Of a DNA stretch of 64,000 nucleotides, positions 59,325 through 64,000 are shown in pieces. The stretch comes from a virus. The stretch lies in IMG/VR virus record IMGVR_UViG_3300022752_004829, positions 19,359-83,358 of that record. The stretch is one strand, 5' to 3'. The notes beneath the pieces are model-generated. The model saw nothing but the letters and a program-made list of their open reading frames with translations. It ran no database searches and was not told where the DNA came from. Both the position numbers and the translations under genes were made by a program. Within the stretch, counting starts at the first letter, position 1, and every line of letters begins with the position of its first letter.

Positions 59325-60047
59325 CTATAAATTATACTTTAATTTTAAACTATTATAATTTTGCAAAATTTCTATATCAGATAAACCACGATTATATATA
59401 AGATATTCATATATTATTAATCCAGGATATGTTTGGATTCTAGATCCAGCTACAATGGTATTTGAGAAATCTACATTTTGTACTATAGTAGCTTGAGTTT
59501 GAGTAACTCCATTAACCAATATTTTTATACTATTATCTGCGTTTCTAGCCATTCCTAAACAAATTTTTTTTGGTAATTCAATTGTAGGAAAATTATATCC
59601 CAAGCTATTACCAAGACCATCTGGTTGAGTAATTGCCCAATATATTGTAATTTGATTTGGAGAACCACTGCTTCTAGTAAACCATACATCATATCCTGCT
59701 AATAGTGGTCCGCTTGTAGACCCAAGAATATCATAACCATTATCTAAAGGATATGATACATTTGGAAATTCTAGTACAATAAAAAATGTACATTCATTAT
59801 TTGAGCTATTAAAATTTTTATTAAATGTAATACTAGAGTCTACATCCTGCATTTCAAACCCTTTATTATTTAAAAAAGAAACTTCAGATAATGTTCCATT
59901 CAAGTTTATATTTGTTAAATCTTTAATTGTTGATCCAGAACCAGAGTAGCAATTAATATTACTACCATCAACACGTAAAACTAAATTTTGTGGAATAAAA
60001 AAATTAGAATTTTGAACGCCACAACTAACGCTTGGAAAATTTATCAT
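59325..60047 (-). CDS. LamG/concanavalin-A-like lectin-fold structural protein
   Basis: LVL.VD.....YSGSGST..DL....NGTL and IYNR.LS..EILQNYN. Confidence 0.7.
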   Translation of the reverse strand: MINFPSVSCGVQNSNFFIPQNLVLRVDGSNINCYSGSGSTIKDLTNINLNGTLSEVSFLNNKGFEMQDVDSSITFNKNFNSSNNECTFFIVLEFPNVSYPLDNGYDILGSTSGPLLAGYDVWFTRSSGSPNQITIYWAITQPDGLGNSLGYNFPTIELPKKICLGMARNADNSIKILVNGVTQTQATIVQNVDFSNTIVAGSRIQTYPGLIIYEYLIYNRGLSDIEILQNYNSLKLKYNL

Positions 60048-63000
60048 AAAGACGTATTACCATACATAATATATCCATTATTTCCAGTATGAAGAAGTGA
60101 AATTGAAGCAAATTGACCTGCTGTTTTATATTGATTGTTATAACTATTAATTGATACTCCAATTCCTAGGCCAGTAATTTGAATTTGTCCTGCACCTATT
60201 TGTATGATTGAAGCATTGAATCCTGTAGGATTTCCACTTATTAAAGTTCCAGTTATTTGAGATGAATTCGCGGCTAAAATCATTCTGCTATTATAATTAC
60301 CAGATATATTAAAATTAGAATTTACATTAATTATTTCTGGAGTCATTCCAAACACTTTTTTATCTGAGAAATAAACTCCACTAGAGAAATCTAATGTTAA
60401 TGAATTTGAACTATATGATCTATGTATTCTATCTTCTGCATCAGATATGACAATAGAGCCACTATGATTATTTAATATGCTAATTAATTTACCACCGATA
60501 GCAGTATTATAATTTCCGCTTATAGTATGATTTTCGCCATTTATAATAGAATTATAATTGCCAGATTGTATATGATTAACAATTCCATTAATAATAGAAT
60601 TATTAGAAAAATTTATTAAATTAAAAGAAGACGAAGAAGTAAGACTTCCAGTTAAAATTGGTCCGATTGCATTTCCAGAACCATTAATAATAGATGATTG
60701 ACGCCCGATCATCCTATTATTTTTTCCATTTAGAATAACGCTATGACATCCCATGGATTGATTATTTGAACCATTACCAATAAGCTGATTAATTCCGTAT
60801 CCAACAGGTTGACCAACAGTTATATCTAATCTTCCATATATTGCATTTGATGATCCTCCTAAAATAACCGATTCATTAGACAAGCCTGCGCCAGTTCCAA
60901 CTATGTTTGAATATCCACCTAAAATAATCCCATAAGGAGCATTTACTATATAATTATTTTGTCCACCAAGTATATTTGTACAACTTGAACTAGCAGTATT
61001 AGAATCTCCACCAAGTATAATAGAGCTGGATGCATTTATTGTATTATTAGATCCTCCTCCTATAAACGAATTGTAAGCATTAGAAACTATAGCGTTAGAT
61101 GCTCCTGCACCTATAAAACTTCCAAAACTACCTATATTATTATTTTGTCCGCCACCAATAAAACTCCAACATACTGGAATAGGTATTGGCCCTGGTATGA
61201 CACCATTAATATAATTACTGCTTCCACCGCCAATAAAAGAAGCTTGTCCATAATTTATATTGTTATTGCCACCGCCTACAAATGTTCTAAATCCAGCAGC
61301 AATATTTTCTCTACCACCAACAACAATTGAACTTGTTTCTAAACCTGAATTACAAATTCCTCCAGCAACTAGACTATATGGTTTGGCAGCAGTATTACAT
61401 TGACCACCAAGAACACTCGCGTATGCGTCTAAACTTCTATTACATAATCCTCCTAGAACCAAAGAACTCTGTCCTGTAGCACAATTACTATTTCCTCCAA
61501 ACACAGAAGCGTAACTCGCTGTTGATTGATTTAAAAATCCACCAACTACAGTAGATCTATAGTCAGTAGATATATTTTGTTCTCCACCAAAAATCGAAGC
61601 TCCTTCTCCAGATGCATAATTTTTATATCCTCCACCTATAAAAGATCTTAATCCTATACCTGTATTAACTTCTCCACCTACTATGATTGAGCTTAAACCA
61701 GAAGTATAATTACGTGTGCCACCTACAATTATACTATAATTTCCATCCACTGAATTATATTGACCACCTCCAATAAATGTATCATTTCCTACGCCTGAGT
61801 TACTATTTCCACCCACAATAATCGAACGATTTCCAGATATCATATTATTCGTTCCACCAGCTAAAACTATATTGTTGCCGCTATAAGAATTTTGATTTCC
61901 AAATATTTTTAATCCTGATATATATTGTATACCCGATGTATATACAATATTTTCTCCAGTCACATTAAATGATCCTCCTCCTATACCAGTTGATACTGGA
62001 TTTCCAGATATATATATCCATCCTCCACTTACGTAAACATTACCATCAATTAAATTTATATTTGCGCCAGAAAGTTGAAATTCGCTAATATTACTTAAAT
62101 CTAAATCATTGAAAATACCAGTTCCTTGAACTTCAATATTATTTATAAAACTTTTATTTCCACTAATAGTCTGATTTCCAGTTGTATAGACTATTGTAGT
62201 TGGTAATCCAGCGGCCTCTCCACTAAGTAATACTCCAGTCCCATTAACTGTTGGTCTAGAAGAGAAATCTTTAACTCCACTAACAGTCTGATTTCCTGTT
62301 GTAGAGACAAAAATATTATTATTCTTTAAATAAGATATAGTTGGTGAATTTGCATCTATTTTTTCCCAAGTTTTTCTTGCTGCTCCATATAATCTATTAG
62401 TATAAATATATGATACAGAATTTTTATAATATACTGTTTCTGATAAATCTGGATCTATAACCATTGACTCAGGAATGTTGGTGGTATCAAGCTCATAACC
62501 AGAAATTTTTATAAATTCTTGAGGCATATCATTTATTCTAGTAAAATCAATTGTAATCTGGTCTCCAACTCTTTGATTTCCACTAGATAATATTAAATTT
62601 ATATCTCCCGTGGGATTAAAGCTTATTACTCTAATAATTGCATTTCTATATCCTGTTGGTAAATAGTACATTCCGCTATTTGGTGATTGATAAGATACTG
62701 AATATTCAAAAATACTTGGTGTTGCGACGGCTTCTCCACTAAGAAGCACTCCAGTATTATTTACGGTTGGACGAGAATAAAAGTTTTTAACTCCAGAGAC
62801 ATTTTGATTTCCAGTATTATAGATTAAATTAGAGGCAATTGCATCTCCTTCTACTTTTAGATTGCCACCGCTAATATGAACTTTTTCTGTTGGAAACAAT
62901 GTTCCAATACCTACTTTACTTTCGATTTTTTCAGATATTAAAACTCCAGACGCGCCAATTCTAACGAATGGACCATCACTGAAAGCGGTAGAAAGTCCAC

Positions 63001-64000
63001 CAGTTTCCCAAATTTTTATTTCTCTTTTCCCATATAATGAATTTATTGATTCACCTAAAATACCTGTTTCAGGTCCTATAGAAATTCTAGTATTAGTAAA
63101 TGGTTGAGTTAGTAAGTTTATATCAACATCTTGCGTATTTAAAAGCGTTCTATAAAATGTAATTCCAGAATTGAAAGTTAAATTATTATTAAATGTTTTT
63201 TCATCTGATATAGTCTGATTTCCAGTTGTAAAAACAACATAATTATTTAAATTATTAATTTCAGTTTGCAGAGTATTTCCTGTCGCAATTAAATTAGTTA
63301 TTGTTGCAAATTTACTATCTGCTACCCCACTATAAGCAATAATATTTTGTACAGATGCTATATCATCTAATGGACTTAGGTCACTATTTCTTGTGCTTAT
63401 GCCAAATTTAAATTTATTGCTATGATCAAATCCTATAATTGGTCCAGGATCATTTAAACCAGTTAATCCAGATCCAGTAACAAAGAAAATTCCACCATCA
63501 TTTGCTCCACCAGTAAGATTTAAAAGAATATAAGGGCTAGATACATTAAATTGAGTTGTATTTACTATAGTTTGAGTTCCAGTAACAACTAAATTATTAA
63601 TTGTTGTATTTCCATTAAAAGTTTTATTTCCTAATATAAGTTGATCACCATAAGTAAGCACAGATACTCCGCTAAGATCATCTATTTTTTTACTTAAATC
63701 ATTCCCCGTAGAAATAAGATTCGTTGAAAGCGTATTCCCTGTCGTAATTAAATTCGTTGCAAGCGTATTGATATTCGTTTGGAGCGTAGTTCCAGTCGTA
63801 GTTAAGTTCGTTTGTAACGTAGTTCCAGTCGTAGCAAGATTCGTTGAAAGCGTATTCCCTGTCGTAATTAAATTCGTTGCAAGCGTATTGATATTCGTTT
63901 GGAGCGTAGTTCCAGTCGTAGTTAAGTTCGTTTGTAACGTAGTTCCAGTCGTAGCAAGATTCGTTGAAAGCGTATTCCCTGTCGTAATTAAATTCGTTGC
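60044..64000 (-). CDS. Long tail fibre / adhesin-like protein, 5'-truncated by window
   Basis: The frame of ORF 60044..63661 is open to the window end; six TGNQT(I/V)SG.K.F-type motifs, many ~15-aa 'S.I.GG..N' beta-roll repeats and Thr-rich coiled-coil repeats. Confidence 0.8.
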   Translation of the reverse strand, partial: ATNLITTGNTLSTNLATTGTTLQTNLTTTGTTLQTNINTLATNLITTGNTLSTNLATTGTTLQTNLTTTGTTLQTNINTLATNLITTGNTLSTNLISTGNDLSKKIDDLSGVSVLTYGDQLILGNKTFNGNTTINNLVVTGTQTIVNTTQFNVSSPYILLNLTGGANDGGIFFVTGSGLTGLNDPGPIIGFDHSNKFKFGISTRNSDLSPLDDIASVQNIIAYSGVADSKFATITNLIATGNTLQTEINNLNNYVVFTTGNQTISDEKTFNNNLTFNSGITFYRTLLNTQDVDINLLTQPFTNTRISIGPETGILGESINSLYGKREIKIWETGGLSTAFSDGPFVRIGASGVLISEKIESKVGIGTLFPTEKVHISGGNLKVEGDAIASNLIYNTGNQNVSGVKNFYSRPTVNNTGVLLSGEAVATPSIFEYSVSYQSPNSGMYYLPTGYRNAIIRVISFNPTGDINLILSSGNQRVGDQITIDFTRINDMPQEFIKISGYELDTTNIPESMVIDPDLSETVYYKNSVSYIYTNRLYGAARKTWEKIDANSPTISYLKNNNIFVSTTGNQTVSGVKDFSSRPTVNGTGVLLSGEAAGLPTTIVYTTGNQTISGNKSFINNIEVQGTGIFNDLDLSNISEFQLSGANINLIDGNVYVSGGWIYISGNPVSTGIGGGSFNVTGENIVYTSGIQYISGLKIFGNQNSYSGNNIVLAGGTNNMISGNRSIIVGGNSNSGVGNDTFIGGGQYNSVDGNYSIIVGGTRNYTSGLSSIIVGGEVNTGIGLRSFIGGGYKNYASGEGASIFGGEQNISTDYRSTVVGGFLNQSTASYASVFGGNSNCATGQSSLVLGGLCNRSLDAYASVLGGQCNTAAKPYSLVAGGICNSGLETSSIVVGGRENIAAGFRTFVGGGNNNINYGQASFIGGGSSNYINGVIPGPIPIPVCWSFIGGGQNNNIGSFGSFIGAGASNAIVSNAYNSFIGGGSNNTINASSSIILGGDSNTASSSCTNILGGQNNYIVNAPYGIILGGYSNIVGTGAGLSNESVILGGSSNAIYGRLDITVGQPVGYGINQLIGNGSNNQSMGCHSVILNGKNNRMIGRQSSIINGSGNAIGPILTGSLTSSSSFNLINFSNNSIINGIVNHIQSGNYNSIINGENHTISGNYNTAIGGKLISILNNHSGSIVISDAEDRIHRSYSSNSLTLDFSSGVYFSDKKVFGMTPEIINVNSNFNISGNYNSRMILAANSSQITGTLISGNPTGFNASIIQIGAGQIQITGLGIGVSINSYNNQYKTAGQFASISLLHTGNNGYIMYGNTSL
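63716..64000. repeat. Perfect 120-bp tandem repeat (at least 2.3 copies) built from 33+33+21+33-bp subunits
   Basis: 63721-63840 is identical to 63841-63960 and continues to 64000; it encodes NLATTGTTLQT-NLTTTGTTLQT-NINTLAT-NLITTGNTLST. Confidence 0.95.

Noticed and set aside
376-61330. Short ORFs of 60-96 aa overlapping larger genes (e.g. 376..564, 12485..12775, 29534..29818, 43217..43465, 45538..45729, 54783..55007, 61145..61330)
   Set aside because: They lie within or antisense to well-supported genes and have no recognisable motifs or start signals; they are shadow ORFs.
63716-64000. CRISPR array or DGR template/variable repeat
   Set aside because: The units are contiguous with no unique spacers, lie in frame within a gene, show no adenine-specific differences, and no cas or reverse transcriptase gene is in the window.

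Overview
This window is a segment of a large, AT-rich tailed dsDNA phage genome, gene-dense and read in the standard genetic code. The phage is most likely siphovirus-like: it has a tail tube, a 2308-aa tape measure protein and a lambda-like M/L/K/I/J tail tip, and no sheath is seen. From left to right it contains: (i) a glycosyltransferase tail end, FmdB-like and SET-domain genes and class Ia nrdAB; (ii) a GC-rich, strongly base-paired ~280-nt intergenic element with its own sigma70 promoter, which looks like an unannotated structured ncRNA; (iii) a ~15-kb glycan island (glycosyltransferases, O-methyltransferases, heptose enzymes HddA/GmhA plus a tri-domain fusion, epimerases, glf, gmd); (iv) a replication module (RecA-like, DnaB, ThyX, primase, nucleases, a three-part DnaE-type polymerase, SSB-like and SSAP-like proteins); (v) GT4/GT9 genes; (vi) tail, neck and fibre genes ending in a perfect 120-bp tandem repeat. 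The best leads are the structured RNA, a putative virion O-glycosylation (heptosylation) system with S/T-G-rich structural proteins, a GTGTAA phage promoter motif, GFIPNF-delimited cargo in the tape measure protein and a -1 frameshift candidate. All family calls come from motif recognition by eye; no searches were run.
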